Source: Cenarchaeum sp.
Lineage (GTDB): Archaea; Thermoproteota; Nitrososphaeria; Nitrososphaerales; Nitrosopumilaceae
DNA length: 64,000 nt
NCBI GenBank assembly: GCA_965242695.1
Contig: CBDESU010000002.1
Span: 608,001 to 672,000, forward strand
Direction of reading: 5' to 3'
Shown here: positions 28,363-37,951 of the stretch, one piece after another
How the letters are laid out: every line of letters begins with the position of its first letter
Numbering within the stretch: the stretch's first letter is position 1
The notes under the pieces: generated by a model
Databases searched by the model: none
Seen by the model: only the letters and a program-made list of their open reading frames with translations
What the model was told of the DNA's origin: nothing
Program-made: the position numbers and the translations under genes

Positions 28363-29109
28363 CTAGTTCTCGACCCTGGGCGCCAGGTAAAAGTGGATGC
28401 GGCCCATGTTGGCGACCTTGAACTCGACACGCATCGGCTTCGAGGTGGAAAACTCGCAGACGATCGCGCCGACCGTGTTGCCGACCGCCTTGACCACCGG
28501 CGAGAGGTACTCTAGGCTGTACGTCCCCTCGCTGTCGTTCTTGACCGATATCTCCGTCAGGTCGTCGCTGTCCTTGGCCACCTCGATCGAGACCTCGCCC
28601 GTGTCACCCTTGCCCGAGAACACGGCGCCCTCCTCGCGCACCGACATCGACAGGTACTCGGCGACGACGCCGACGTCGCCGAGCACGCGCTCGAACGACT
28701 GCGCGGGAACCTCGATCCGCGCCTCGTACGGTATGCGCGGCAGCGGCGTGTCCGTCGCCGAGCTCTCGATGAGCCTGATCTTGTACTCCTTGTTGGCGCC
28801 GATCGTGACGAGCAGCTTGTTGTCGTCGGTTATGCTGATCCTGATGCTGTCCTTCTTGTCGGCGCGCTTTATGAGCTTCGAGACCTCCTCGATCCGCACG
28901 CCGAACTTTACGTCGCTGTCGCACTCGAACTTTTCAAACGCCGTGTTCGGCCACAGTATGTCGATGAGCGCCACGTGGGACGGGTCCATCCCCCTGAACG
29001 TGATTCCCTCCGAGGATGCGACGAACGTGGCCTCTTCGACGATCGTAGAGATGGCCGAGATGATCGCCTTTAGATCGTCCGACCCGCTCGTGGTAGCCTC
29101 AAAGACCAT
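28363..29109 (-). CDS. pcn: PCNA DNA sliding clamp
   Basis: GMDPSHVALI, YSLEYL and FYLAPRVE; 248 aa. Confidence 0.97.
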   Translation of the reverse strand: MVFEATTSGSDDLKAIISAISTIVEEATFVASSEGITFRGMDPSHVALIDILWPNTAFEKFECDSDVKFGVRIEEVSKLIKRADKKDSIRISITDDNKLLVTIGANKEYKIRLIESSATDTPLPRIPYEARIEVPAQSFERVLGDVGVVAEYLSMSVREEGAVFSGKGDTGEVSIEVAKDSDDLTEISVKNDSEGTYSLEYLSPVVKAVGNTVGAIVCEFSTSKPMRVEFKVANMGRIHFYLAPRVEN

Positions 29110-29347
29110 GCGCGCGGCCCGCTAGGGACGCAATAAAAGCATACCCTAGGGGGCCTGCGCGGGCCCTAGGCGCCCCAGGCCACGGCCGGCGGGCGGCGGA
29201 GGAGTGGGCGCGGGCCGGCAGGGCGCATGCGCGGGCCGGCAGGGCGCATGCGCGGGCCGGCGGGCGGCCCGGGGCGGGCAGGACTGGCTGCGCCGTGCGC
29301 ATGGAGGGGCGGCAGGCGCGTGTGATGGCAGAGGCCCGAGCGTGCGC

Positions 29348-30385
29348 TCAGTCTCCGCCGCCGCCCTCGGCCTTGGGCTGCGGCTGCGGCTGCGGCTGCG
29401 GCTGCGGCTGCGGCTGCGGCGCGGGGCCGATGATCGTGACCGTCTCGCCCGCAAGCGTCCTTGCCGGTATGACCACGCTCTCGTTGTCGTCCTTTGCCAG
29501 CACGATGTGCATCAGGTCGGCCGAGGTGATCACGCCCTCGTGCCCGCCGATGCGCACCCTCTGCCCGGCCCTCAGCACCGAGCGCCGCTCGGACGCCGAG
29601 TGGATCGCCGCCGGCAGTATGTCCTTGAGGGCAAAGCCGAGCCCGACGGCTATCGCCGCGCCGATGCCGACGGCGATGCTCCACGAGAACGCCGCGATCA
29701 GTATGGGTATGATCTGCTCGCCGATGCCGAGCTGCGTGAGGGCAATGGCCACGATGATCGCGTAGATGACGGCCTTTGCGCCGATCTTTACGTACCTCGA
29801 GCCGCCCAGGTCGGACTTTAGCAGCTCTTGGTCCAGCCACCTGCCGATAAAGCTCGCCACGATCAGCCCGATGACCAGGATCAGGATGAACGCGAGCAGG
29901 TTCGGCACCCACAGCCACAGGTCGGTCAGGGCCGACGACAGCTGCTCGAACTCGAGCGCGTTTATGGCCGCAATGACGAAGAACAGGTAGACGAACCACC
30001 GTATGCTCGCTGCAACGAGGCGGGCCGACTCTTTCTCGCCGGTCGCCTTTGCAATGACGCTGTCCTCGTCGACGTGGGCCCTGTGGAGGAGGCGGCCGGC
30101 GATCTTCTCGACGATGCGGCCGGCCACCTTGCCGGCCACGAGCCCGATGGCGAGCAGCACGGACGCCGCAATGATCTTTGGGCCCGCCTTTGCGACGTCG
30201 GTCAGGAACGCCGAGAGGGCCGCGGCGCCGGGCTCGTAGAGCGCGCTTGCAAAGTCGTCAAGGGTCGGCTCGCCGTGCCCCGCGGCGGCCGCGGGCGCGG
30301 CGAGGAGGGGGGCGATCGCCAAGGCCGCGGCGGCCAGCGCGGCGGCCGCGCGAAGGCGAGTCCGAGGGTGCGATGCGGATGCCAA
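29348..30385 (-). CDS. MscS-related membrane protein with TM-helix repeats
   Basis: PKIIAASVLL / PNLLAFILIL repeats, AIAVGLGFALKD and GQRVRIGGHEG. The C-terminal (PQ)n comes from a (ggctgc)n microsatellite. Confidence 0.82.
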   Translation of the reverse strand: MASASHPRTRLRAAAALAAAALAIAPLLAAPAAAAGHGEPTLDDFASALYEPGAAALSAFLTDVAKAGPKIIAASVLLAIGLVAGKVAGRIVEKIAGRLLHRAHVDEDSVIAKATGEKESARLVAASIRWFVYLFFVIAAINALEFEQLSSALTDLWLWVPNLLAFILILVIGLIVASFIGRWLDQELLKSDLGGSRYVKIGAKAVIYAIIVAIALTQLGIGEQIIPILIAAFSWSIAVGIGAAIAVGLGFALKDILPAAIHSASERRSVLRAGQRVRIGGHEGVITSADLMHIVLAKDDNESVVIPARTLAGETVTIIGPAPQPQPQPQPQPQPQPKAEGGGGD

Positions 30386-30446
30386 CCAAACCGGCGCAGG
30401 CGGGCCCCTATATCATCCTACGGCCGGCGCAGCCCGGCCGCCGGGC

Positions 30447-30779
30447 CTATGCGTAGTTCCGCCAGGTGTAGCCGCACTTTGTGCACCGGTAGAACTGCGT
30501 AGTCGGCTCGTCGGCGCTGCGCGTCTGCAGCATCCACCATATGGCCTCGCCGTGCCCGCACTTTTCGCACTCGATCTCGATCGTCGGCATGGCGTCGCGC
30601 CCCTCGGACTCGCTCAGGACGTTGAAGTCGCCGACGGCCCCGTCCTGGGGGGCCTGCGAGGGGGCGGCAGAGGCGGCGCTGCGGCCCCCCCGGCCCTGGA
30701 CGTGGCCGCACTTTGGGCACTCTACGCGGTCGGCCGCCACCTTGCGCAGCCTCGTATCGCACTTTGGACAGAATTTCAT
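30447..30779 (-). CDS. tfs: Transcription factor S / RpoM-like Zn-ribbon protein
   Basis: MKFCPKC...CPKC and CEKC...QTRSADEPTTQFYRCTKC. Confidence 0.95.
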   Translation of the reverse strand: MKFCPKCDTRLRKVAADRVECPKCGHVQGRGGRSAASAAPSQAPQDGAVGDFNVLSESEGRDAMPTIEIECEKCGHGEAIWWMLQTRSADEPTTQFYRCTKCGYTWRNYA

Positions 30780-31064
30780 CTAGTTTACCTTTATCTTGGA
30801 CTCGAGCATCTTGCGCAGGTCGGCCGTCGCCCCGATCGCCGACTCCGCCGCCGCCGCTATCCTTGCCAGCGGGTCGCCCTTTGACGAGCTGACGCGCAGC
30901 CATATCTCGTTGGTAAGCGGGTGCTTTACGATGACGCCGGCAAAGTCGTCCTTCTCGGCGCCCTTGAGCATCTCGTGCTGCACGGCGTAGAGCGTCCCGA
31001 TGTCGGCGTCCTTGATCGACAGGCTCGCCTGCTCGTCGGACATGCTCAGGATGCTCGCTTCCAC
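30780..31064 (-). CDS. rpoL: RNA polymerase subunit L (Rpo11)
   Basis: 94 aa with DFAGVIVKHPL; lies directly upstream of tfs. Confidence 0.82.
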   Translation of the reverse strand: MEASILSMSDEQASLSIKDADIGTLYAVQHEMLKGAEKDDFAGVIVKHPLTNEIWLRVSSSKGDPLARIAAAAESAIGATADLRKMLESKIKVN

Positions 31065-31122
31065 GCGCCGAAAAAGAACTTATGTGGTTATAAAGGCTTG
31101 CGGGCCGTTGGAGGCGTCAGGC

Positions 31123-31692
31123 GTGGGGCTGGGCGGCGCGGGCGGCGCAAGCGCGATCGCGGCAGCGCAGCTGGCCCTGGACGGGGGCGGCGCGGTGGAG
31201 ACCGACGCCGGGGCGGCCGTGGCCGTCAGGGTCAGGTTCTCGCTGGCCGGCGCCGTGCGCGAGGCGTTCACCGAGGAGAACTGGACGCGCGCCTACGAGA
31301 AGTACGACAACACGCTCAAGATAAAGTACGGGGTGCGCCTGCAGGCCGGCGGCGCCCTCAAGCGGCGCACGATCGGCAGGGAGATCGACTCGTACCGCAA
31401 GGCCTCGATATTCTGGACGCGCAACCCAAAGCTGGTCAACCCCATGAAGGACAAGCGCGTGTGGGTGCAGGTGGCCAAGAACTTTAGGCCCGTCATACGG
31501 CTCACGGAGGAGGAGGTCAGGCAGGAGCTGTTCGACTTTGACGAGCGCATCGTCTTCAAGGCCGCCGAGCTCGGCGGCAGGGGAGGCGCGCATACGGTCT
31601 CGGCCGAGGTGCGCGCATCCTGGCAGAAGCACGACTACATAGGGGCGGGCAGCGCAAAGGCGCGCACGCCCGAGCTGTCCGTCGAGGTCTAG
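31123..31692 (+). CDS. Conserved hypothetical protein
   Basis: Complex, natural-looking sequence (YRKASIFWTRNPKL...). TATA ttataaa at about 31088; start inferred. Confidence 0.7.
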   Translation: MGLGGAGGASAIAAAQLALDGGGAVETDAGAAVAVRVRFSLAGAVREAFTEENWTRAYEKYDNTLKIKYGVRLQAGGALKRRTIGREIDSYRKASIFWTRNPKLVNPMKDKRVWVQVAKNFRPVIRLTEEEVRQELFDFDERIVFKAAELGGRGGAHTVSAEVRASWQKHDYIGAGSAKARTPELSVEV

Positions 31693-31847
31693 CGGCCGCC
31701 GGCGCGGGCGCCCTGCTTGCCTGGGGAGGACGAGGCGAGCGCCCTCGTGAGCAGGTCGGTCACGGCCGCCGAGCGGCTCCTGGCGCCGCTCTTCTCGGCG
31801 TACCGCTCGATCTCGTCTATGACCTCGAAGGGGAGGGTGAACGACAT
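31689..31847 (-). CDS. Ribbon-helix-helix (CopG-like) DNA-binding protein
   Basis: MSFTLPFEVIDEIERYAEKSGARSRSAAVTDLLTRAL. The start may be a few codons upstream. Confidence 0.72.
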   Translation of the reverse strand: MSFTLPFEVIDEIERYAEKSGARSRSAAVTDLLTRALASSSPGKQGARAGGR

Positions 31848-32041
31848 CTTGCGCCTTGTGACGGGGCCTCTCGACACGGCCCGCGGGCGAAGGGGGCACA
31901 CTATAAGCGTGGCGGCGCGGGCCGTCCCGCGGATGCGCCGGCGCCGTCCCGCCGGCAAGTGCATCGGCGCCGGTTGCCAGGCGCCCCAAATTTGGCAGCC
32001 CGGCATACCAATATAAGGCGCGGCCGTATCGGCGCGCGCAC

Positions 32042-32194
32042 ATGGCAAAGTACGACGGGCTGCTCGGCCAGCCCGTGCTAGAGGTCGAGGAGCCCGACAA
32101 GGAGGGCGGCATCACCGTAATCTTCAAGGACAACAGGTTCCTGTTCATAAAGGCCGCAGACGGAAAGGTCGAGACCGTCTCGATCCCGGAGTGA
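32042..32194 (+). CDS. Small hypothetical protein (50 aa), absent from the ORF track
   Basis: MAKYDGLLGQPVLEVEEPDKEGGITVIFKDNRFLFIKAADGKVETVSIPE*. TATA atataag about 30 bp upstream. Confidence 0.8.
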   Translation: MAKYDGLLGQPVLEVEEPDKEGGITVIFKDNRFLFIKAADGKVETVSIPE

Positions 32195-32200
32195 GTGCGG

Positions 32201-32368
32201 ATGGACAAGTTTGATCCCGTCAGGATGCAGGACCTGGTGCGCGTCGACGACCCCGACGCCGACGGCGGCGTGACCCTGGCCTTCAAGGGGGGCCAGACTA
32301 TGAAGATCATCGTCGGAAGCGACGGCAAGCTTGCCTGCACGGTGTCCGCGGGGGACGCCGCATCCTAG
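32201..32368 (+). CDS. Small hypothetical protein (55 aa), paralogue of 32042-32194
   Basis: MDKFDPVRMQDLVRVDDPDADGGVTLAFKGGQTMKIIVGSDGKLACTVSAGDAAS*. Confidence 0.75.
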   Translation: MDKFDPVRMQDLVRVDDPDADGGVTLAFKGGQTMKIIVGSDGKLACTVSAGDAAS

Positions 32369-32886
32369 CCGCCGGCTGCTCCTCCGGGCCGGTCAGCGGC
32401 GGCGTGCCGCTCATAGTACTCTACGGCCCGCTCCTGCTCGTCGCTCTGTATCGAGCCAGGCCGGCGCTCGCGGACGGTCCGAATGGCGTCTGCCGCCGAC
32501 ATGCCCTCGTGCCGCACCAGATAGCACGCCAGGATGGTGCCCGCCCTGCCAAGGCCGGCCGCGCAGTGGACCATGGCCGGCGCGCCCCTCTCGACATGCT
32601 CGCGGATGAACGCCACGGCCGCATCCGTCCCCTCCACCGTGGGCGCGGTCAGGTCGATGGTAGGCACGTGCAGGTAGTCTACGCCCTCGACCCAGCCGGC
32701 GGGCAGCGGGTCCTCGGTCATTGTGACGACGGCCTTGACGCCGCGCTCGCGCAGCCACTCGACCTCGCCGGCCGACATGGGGCGGCCCGAGCCGGCGAGG
32801 CTGCCGTCTATGAGCCATGAAAAATTCGTCGGGCGGCCGGTCACGGCGCCGTGCACCCTCCTCCACGCGTTGCCCGGAGCGCTCAA
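32365..32886 (-). CDS. Dual-specificity / protein-tyrosine phosphatase
   Basis: VHCAAGLGRAG (HCX5R) and VRERRPGSIQ...Q. Confidence 0.93.
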   Translation of the reverse strand: MSAPGNAWRRVHGAVTGRPTNFSWLIDGSLAGSGRPMSAGEVEWLRERGVKAVVTMTEDPLPAGWVEGVDYLHVPTIDLTAPTVEGTDAAVAFIREHVERGAPAMVHCAAGLGRAGTILACYLVRHEGMSAADAIRTVRERRPGSIQSDEQERAVEYYERHAAADRPGGAAGG

Positions 32887-32889
32887 CTG

Positions 32890-34506
32890 TCAGACCCCCG
32901 CATGGCCCGGATCAAATCGGGTCTTCAACTCCTCCCAGATACGGTCTGAACGACGTTCAATAAAGGCATCATAATTATCGTTCCATACACCGTAGGCGTT
33001 CAAGTCGTCGATCAGATGAGTGTTCATGGTTGATCCTAGATCCGAATTTGTGCGTCGGAATTCATCCATATATTTAGATGGCGCTTTATCTTTCATTTCT
33101 TTGTTTAGACGATCGTCCACGAGGGTTATGTTAGCGATCAAGTTTCGTCGACTAGCTACAATATTTTGTTTCTTTAGAAAGGCTTTTGGAAAAAAGTGGT
33201 GATAGCTCCTGCTATTTGACATGTTTAAGCGAGAATTATCCAGTATGATGTCATTGCCGTTCTTGAACGACTTTGGAATGGCGGCTGCAAGTACACACAA
33301 AACGGCATTGTTTATCGATTCACCTACATGGAATTGGAGATCTTGTATGTCTTTCACAGTAAGCGCCACATTAAACTCTTTTCCATAGTGTGGACGATCA
33401 CCGTCTATTATTGTATCTACAAATTTACAGTCGAGTTCGAGCTTGGATTCGACAGAGCTGGTAAATCTAGATGTCAAGGCCGTCTTCCAAAAGTATTCTT
33501 TTAGGTACGTATCTTGCTGCGTGGTGGGATCTGCACTATTTTTGAAAAAAAAGTAGCTAAATGGCACCATAAGGGCGGGATAAGGCAACAAGCGCGAAGA
33601 GGGAATTTTGTACGCTCGCCGGAAGTGGTCAATGGCTTTTTTAATGGAGTCAACGGTATCGTCCCAGATATTGACAATGTCCTCCCGGGGGAGTTCAAGA
33701 ATCACCTTTCGCTTGCACTCTTTCTTCAAGTTAATAGAAACACATTGTAAGAGCTGTGCAGGCGGAATCGCATACGCAACATCGGAAAGATCGTCTTGAA
33801 GAGAGTCATACTTGTCACCAAGATCGAAGGTGTGGTCGTCATATGTTTTTGCAACCATTATTTCAAACAATGTAAGAGATTTGCCGGTCGTGTTAATTCT
33901 GTTAAAGACTTCGACTGCTTTTTCCATGGGATAATCGTTGATTAGAATTGTCGAAAAAGCATAACCACGCAGTACATTTTGATGCGTCTGGATTTTTTCT
34001 AGCTGTTCATTATTGTATTCGCTTGCTAAGTCCGCAATGCCTTTATTGAGAAGATCATAAACGGTTATGCTTGTCCCCTCTGGTTTATCAACGCTTACCA
34101 TGTTTTCCGAATCATGGTGTTTTTCTAAATCTATGTAAATTTTTTTGTAGTCTTCCGATTTGCCATCTTTCTCTACTGTTAATCCATTTAGAATGACAAA
34201 TAGTGAGGCAAGCCTCTGCTGGCCATCTAACACGTACTGAACAAAATTGTCGTCCGGAACTTCGGGCAAGGTTTGATTCCCAAGGCACTTCACGTTGTTG
34301 AGTCGTTCTCTGGTCTTCCAAAGTATAAATGTGCCGATGGGATACCCTTTGAGGATGCTGTCTATGAGGTCGGCCGATTTTTTCTTCTCCCAGACAAAGT
34401 CTCTCTGGAACTTGGGAATCTGAATGTTCCCCTTTTCAATGTCTGAGAGCAGACCCCTATAGTCGCTAAAACCCGGCTTTGGCTGCGCTGGACCCGTGAC
34501 GGCCAT
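32890..34506 (-). CDS. GmrSD-type (DUF262 + C-terminal HNH-like) modification-dependent restriction protein
   Basis: IPKFQRDFVW, LDGQQRL, FNRINTTG and YHHFFPK...IANITL...LN. Strongly AT-rich relative to its flanks. Confidence 0.88.
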   Translation of the reverse strand: MAVTGPAQPKPGFSDYRGLLSDIEKGNIQIPKFQRDFVWEKKKSADLIDSILKGYPIGTFILWKTRERLNNVKCLGNQTLPEVPDDNFVQYVLDGQQRLASLFVILNGLTVEKDGKSEDYKKIYIDLEKHHDSENMVSVDKPEGTSITVYDLLNKGIADLASEYNNEQLEKIQTHQNVLRGYAFSTILINDYPMEKAVEVFNRINTTGKSLTLFEIMVAKTYDDHTFDLGDKYDSLQDDLSDVAYAIPPAQLLQCVSINLKKECKRKVILELPREDIVNIWDDTVDSIKKAIDHFRRAYKIPSSRLLPYPALMVPFSYFFFKNSADPTTQQDTYLKEYFWKTALTSRFTSSVESKLELDCKFVDTIIDGDRPHYGKEFNVALTVKDIQDLQFHVGESINNAVLCVLAAAIPKSFKNGNDIILDNSRLNMSNSRSYHHFFPKAFLKKQNIVASRRNLIANITLVDDRLNKEMKDKAPSKYMDEFRRTNSDLGSTMNTHLIDDLNAYGVWNDNYDAFIERRSDRIWEELKTRFDPGHAGV

Positions 34507-34529
34507 ACAGGGCGTGCGAGACGCATACC

Positions 34530-34540
34530 GTATATATATG
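34530..34540. promoter_or_regulatory. TATA element between the divergent gmrSD-like gene and amrS
   Basis: tatatatat (34531-34539) sits about 20-30 bp from both start codons (34506 and 34560). Confidence 0.55.
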
Positions 34541-34559
34541 AAGCGAAAAGGCAGGGGGC

Positions 34560-35621
34560 ATGGAGGGCAAGGAAGCCGTCCTGTACGAGAAAAAGGAGGG
34601 CGGCAAGGTGCGGTGCACCGCGTGCGCCAGGTACTGCGAGATGGCCCCCGGCCAGGTCGGGCTGTGCGGGGTGCGCGGCAACGAGGGCGGGCGGCTCGAC
34701 CTGTACGTGTACGGCAAGGTCATCGCCGGCCACGTCGACCCCGTAGAGAAGAAGCCGCTGGTGCACTACCGCCCCGGCTCGCCCATATACTCGATCGCCA
34801 CCACGGGCTGCAACTGGCTGTGCCGCTACTGCCAGAACTACGACATCAGCCAGCGGCGAAAGGTCGAGGGCGCAGACATGTCGCCTGCCGACGTAGTCGA
34901 CGAGGCCGTTGCCAACGGCGCCGACGGCATCGCCTACACGTACAACCAGCCGACGATATTCCTAGAGTTCGCGCGCGACTGCGGCTTAGAGGCGCACAGG
35001 CGCGGCCTCTTCAACGCGTTCGTCTCGAACGGATACGACACGCCCGAGGCCGTCGGGATGATGGGCGAGTTCCTCGACTGCATTACCGTCGACTTCAAGG
35101 GAAGCGCCGAGCCTGCCTTCACCAGGAGGTACATCGGCGTGCCCGACCCGCAGCCGATATTCGACACCATACTGGGCATACGCGACAGGACGAACATACA
35201 TGTCGAGATCACCGACCTTATAGTGCCCGAGGTCGGCGACGACCTGGTTGCGGCCAGAAAACTCTGCGAGTTCGTCCGCGACGAGCTCGGCGACGAGACG
35301 CCCGTCCACTTTCTGCGGTTCCACCCCGACTACAAGATGATGGAGTTTGGCAGCACGCCGGTCGAGACGCTCGAGAGGCACCACGCGGTCGCCGTCGAGG
35401 CCGGCCTAAAGTACGCGTACGTCGGCAACGTGCCGGGCCACCCGCTGGAGAAGACGTACTGCCACGGGTGCGGCACGGTGGCAGTCGACAGGTACGGCTT
35501 TGCCATCACGGGCTGGAACCTGGACGACGACAACCGGTGCAACAAGTGCGGCGCGGCCGTCCCCATAACCGGCAGGCCCCCGCCCGGCTACTCGCCGAAC
35601 AGGCTGCGCATACTCGACTAG
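34560..35621 (+). CDS. amrS: AmmeMemoRadiSam system radical SAM enzyme
   Basis: CTACARYC, DPVEKKPL.H..PG, GCNWLCRYCQN, YTYNQP and RFHPDYK. Confidence 0.93.
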   Translation: MEGKEAVLYEKKEGGKVRCTACARYCEMAPGQVGLCGVRGNEGGRLDLYVYGKVIAGHVDPVEKKPLVHYRPGSPIYSIATTGCNWLCRYCQNYDISQRRKVEGADMSPADVVDEAVANGADGIAYTYNQPTIFLEFARDCGLEAHRRGLFNAFVSNGYDTPEAVGMMGEFLDCITVDFKGSAEPAFTRRYIGVPDPQPIFDTILGIRDRTNIHVEITDLIVPEVGDDLVAARKLCEFVRDELGDETPVHFLRFHPDYKMMEFGSTPVETLERHHAVAVEAGLKYAYVGNVPGHPLEKTYCHGCGTVAVDRYGFAITGWNLDDDNRCNKCGAAVPITGRPPPGYSPNRLRILD

Positions 35622-36412
35622 CGGCCGGGCTCCTTGTACCACAGGCCCCGGCGGCTCCCTCCGCCGGCGCGGCGGCGGGGCCTAGACGCGCCGCCGTCCT
35701 TGTACCACAGGCCCTTCCGGCGCCCCGGATCGGTGCCGTCGGGCAGCGGCGGCTCCACCTCGGCCAGGCAGAGCGCCCGCGCCGGCGCCCCCGTCCCGCC
35801 CCTTATCTTCAGCGGCAGGACGGCAAGCCGGAACCGCTCGGTGCGTATCTTTAGCAGCCCTGTCAGGTTCTCGACCACGGGTATGCCTGCGCCGAGCAGC
35901 GCCTTGTGGGCCGGGAACGACGACGCGTTCCCGGCGTCGATGCTCGGCGAGTCGATCCCGACGAGCGCCGGCTTGAGCGAGGCGATGCCGCGCGCGGCAT
36001 CGGCCGACAGGCCGGGGCACTGCTCAAAGTACGAGTCGCGCTCCGGGTGGTCGGACCACCCCGTGCGGATGACGAGCGCCTCGCCCGGCGCCGGCAGGTC
36101 CGGCGGCGGGATGGCGGCAAGGACATCGTTCCGCGTGATCGGCATCGAGGCATCGCGCCCGACGAGCCCGAGTATGACCGCCTCGCAGACCAGCCTGGAC
36201 GGTGCAATGCGGTCGACGGTTGCGCCGCGGCGCACAAAGTGGCGCGGCGCGTCGATGTGCGTTCCCGTGTGGGTGCTCATAAAGACGAGCTCTAGGTTGT
36301 ACCCGTCGTCGTTGATGGTCTCCCACGGGATGACATGCGGGGAGGGCGAGCCGGGAAAGGCCGGCAGGTCCTCCGAGACGGTCATGGTCAGGTCGATCGG
36401 CCGCGAGCCCAT
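35618..36412 (-). CDS. Cyclase family (kynurenine formamidase-like) metallohydrolase
   Basis: HTGTHIDAP, GIDSPSID, VENL and PLKIRGGTGAPARA. Confidence 0.92.
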   Translation of the reverse strand: MGSRPIDLTMTVSEDLPAFPGSPSPHVIPWETINDDGYNLELVFMSTHTGTHIDAPRHFVRRGATVDRIAPSRLVCEAVILGLVGRDASMPITRNDVLAAIPPPDLPAPGEALVIRTGWSDHPERDSYFEQCPGLSADAARGIASLKPALVGIDSPSIDAGNASSFPAHKALLGAGIPVVENLTGLLKIRTERFRLAVLPLKIRGGTGAPARALCLAEVEPPLPDGTDPGRRKGLWYKDGGASRPRRRAGGGSRRGLWYKEPGR

Positions 36413-36503
36413 CCGGCCGCGGCGGCGCGGGCGGGGCCTTATCGGCCTTCCGGCCGCGGCGGCGGCGCGGCGGGCTTAAATAGGGGGGCCGCGTGCCGGC
36501 CCC

Positions 36504-36764
36504 ATGGCCACCGCGTTCGTCCTGATAAACGCCGACTTGGGCTCGGACGGCGACATCATAGCGAGCATAAAGGAGGCCCTCGGGGGCGAAGAGGGCATCG
36601 AGTACGAGGTGCAGGGCGTGTACGGCGTGTACGACATAGTCGTAAAGCTGACGACCGGCGATGCCGCGCTGCTGCGCTCCGTCATCACGGGCAGGATCAG
36701 GCGCATCCCAAAGGTGCAGTCTACGCTGACGATGATGATGATCGACGAGCAAGAGACCCTATAG
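36504..36764 (+). CDS. Lrp/AsnC ligand-binding-domain protein
   Basis: AFVLINADLG...VYGVYDIVVK...VQSTLTMM. TATA ttaaata at 36476. Confidence 0.9.
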   Translation: MATAFVLINADLGSDGDIIASIKEALGGEEGIEYEVQGVYGVYDIVVKLTTGDAALLRSVITGRIRRIPKVQSTLTMMMIDEQETL

Positions 36765-37922
36765 GGCCCGCACCGCGTCGGCTAGCATCAGCACCTCCTC
36801 GTCCGTGTTGAAGTAGTGCGGCGAGGCCCTGAGCACCTTTTTGTCGACAAACTCGCGCACCGCCACGACGATGCCCTGCCGCTCAAGTCGGGCAGCCACG
36901 TCGACGGGGTCGCGCCCGCCGACCTCGAACGGCACTATGCTCGTGCGCGCGCGCTCCTCGTCGGGCCCGTACACGGCGACGCCGGGGATGCGCCCGAGCT
37001 CGCCGCGCAGCAGGCCGGCAAGGCGCGCCGCCTCGCGGCGGATGCCGTCTAGCCCGTTCCGCGCTATAGGGCACATCGCGCCGACAAGCCCCGCCGCCCC
37101 GGGATAGTTGCGAAAGCCCGTCTCTAGGCGCTCGGGCATGGCCTTGTACTCTAGGCGGCCGCCGTCGAGCAGGTCGGCCGACTCGCCGCCGATGCCCAGC
37201 GGCTCGAGAAGGTCCTCCGAGCCGCGCCGGCAGTAGAACAGGCCGATGCCCATCGGGCCGCGCAGCCACTTTGACCCGTTGAACGCCATAAAGTCGCACC
37301 CGATCCGCGAGACGTCCATGCGGCCGATGCACCCGACCGTCTGCGCCGCATCGACAAAGTACGGCACGCCCCGCCTTGCGAGCAGCTCGCCGACCTCTTC
37401 GACGGGCAGGACGGCGCCCGTGTTGTACAGGGCGTGGCTGAGCGAGACGAGCGCCGTCCTGCCGCCGTTGTCGTCTAGCGCCGCCTCCAGGTCGGCCATG
37501 CGAAACAGGCCGTTGTCGTCGACCGGCAGGCTCGAGACGCGGGCCGCGCCGGCGAGCCGCAGCCACGGATAGTAGTTGGCGTGGTGCTCGTGGGCGCCGC
37601 CCCGTATTACGATTCCGGCACCGTCCTCCAGCCGCAGCCCCCTGGCCACCGCGTTGACTCCGTCGGTCGTCGACTGCGCCAGTACAATCTCGTCGGGACT
37701 GCACCCGATGACATCGGCGACCGTCGAGCGCGCCGCGGCCACGACCTTGCCGACGTACTCTGACGCGGCATCCGAGTCTGGCCCCATCGCGCTGTACTCG
37801 GACAGAAAGGAATCTACCGCGGAGATCGCGTCGGCCGGCATCGGCGAGACCGATGCGTTGTTCAAGTACGCCCTGCAGCCGCGCCCCTGCGGCCGCAGAA
37901 AGCCAATGTCAACGTCCTTCAT
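36759..37922 (-). CDS. Class V PLP-dependent aminotransferase (cysteine-desulfurase-like)
   Basis: YLNNAS, EHHAN, VDAAQTVG, GSKWLRGPMG and RASPHYFN. Confidence 0.9.
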   Translation of the reverse strand: MKDVDIGFLRPQGRGCRAYLNNASVSPMPADAISAVDSFLSEYSAMGPDSDAASEYVGKVVAAARSTVADVIGCSPDEIVLAQSTTDGVNAVARGLRLEDGAGIVIRGGAHEHHANYYPWLRLAGAARVSSLPVDDNGLFRMADLEAALDDNGGRTALVSLSHALYNTGAVLPVEEVGELLARRGVPYFVDAAQTVGCIGRMDVSRIGCDFMAFNGSKWLRGPMGIGLFYCRRGSEDLLEPLGIGGESADLLDGGRLEYKAMPERLETGFRNYPGAAGLVGAMCPIARNGLDGIRREAARLAGLLRGELGRIPGVAVYGPDEERARTSIVPFEVGGRDPVDVAARLERQGIVVAVREFVDKKVLRASPHYFNTDEEVLMLADAVRAL

Positions 37923-37951
37923 TATTATACCAGGCCGGCCGCCCCACCCCG

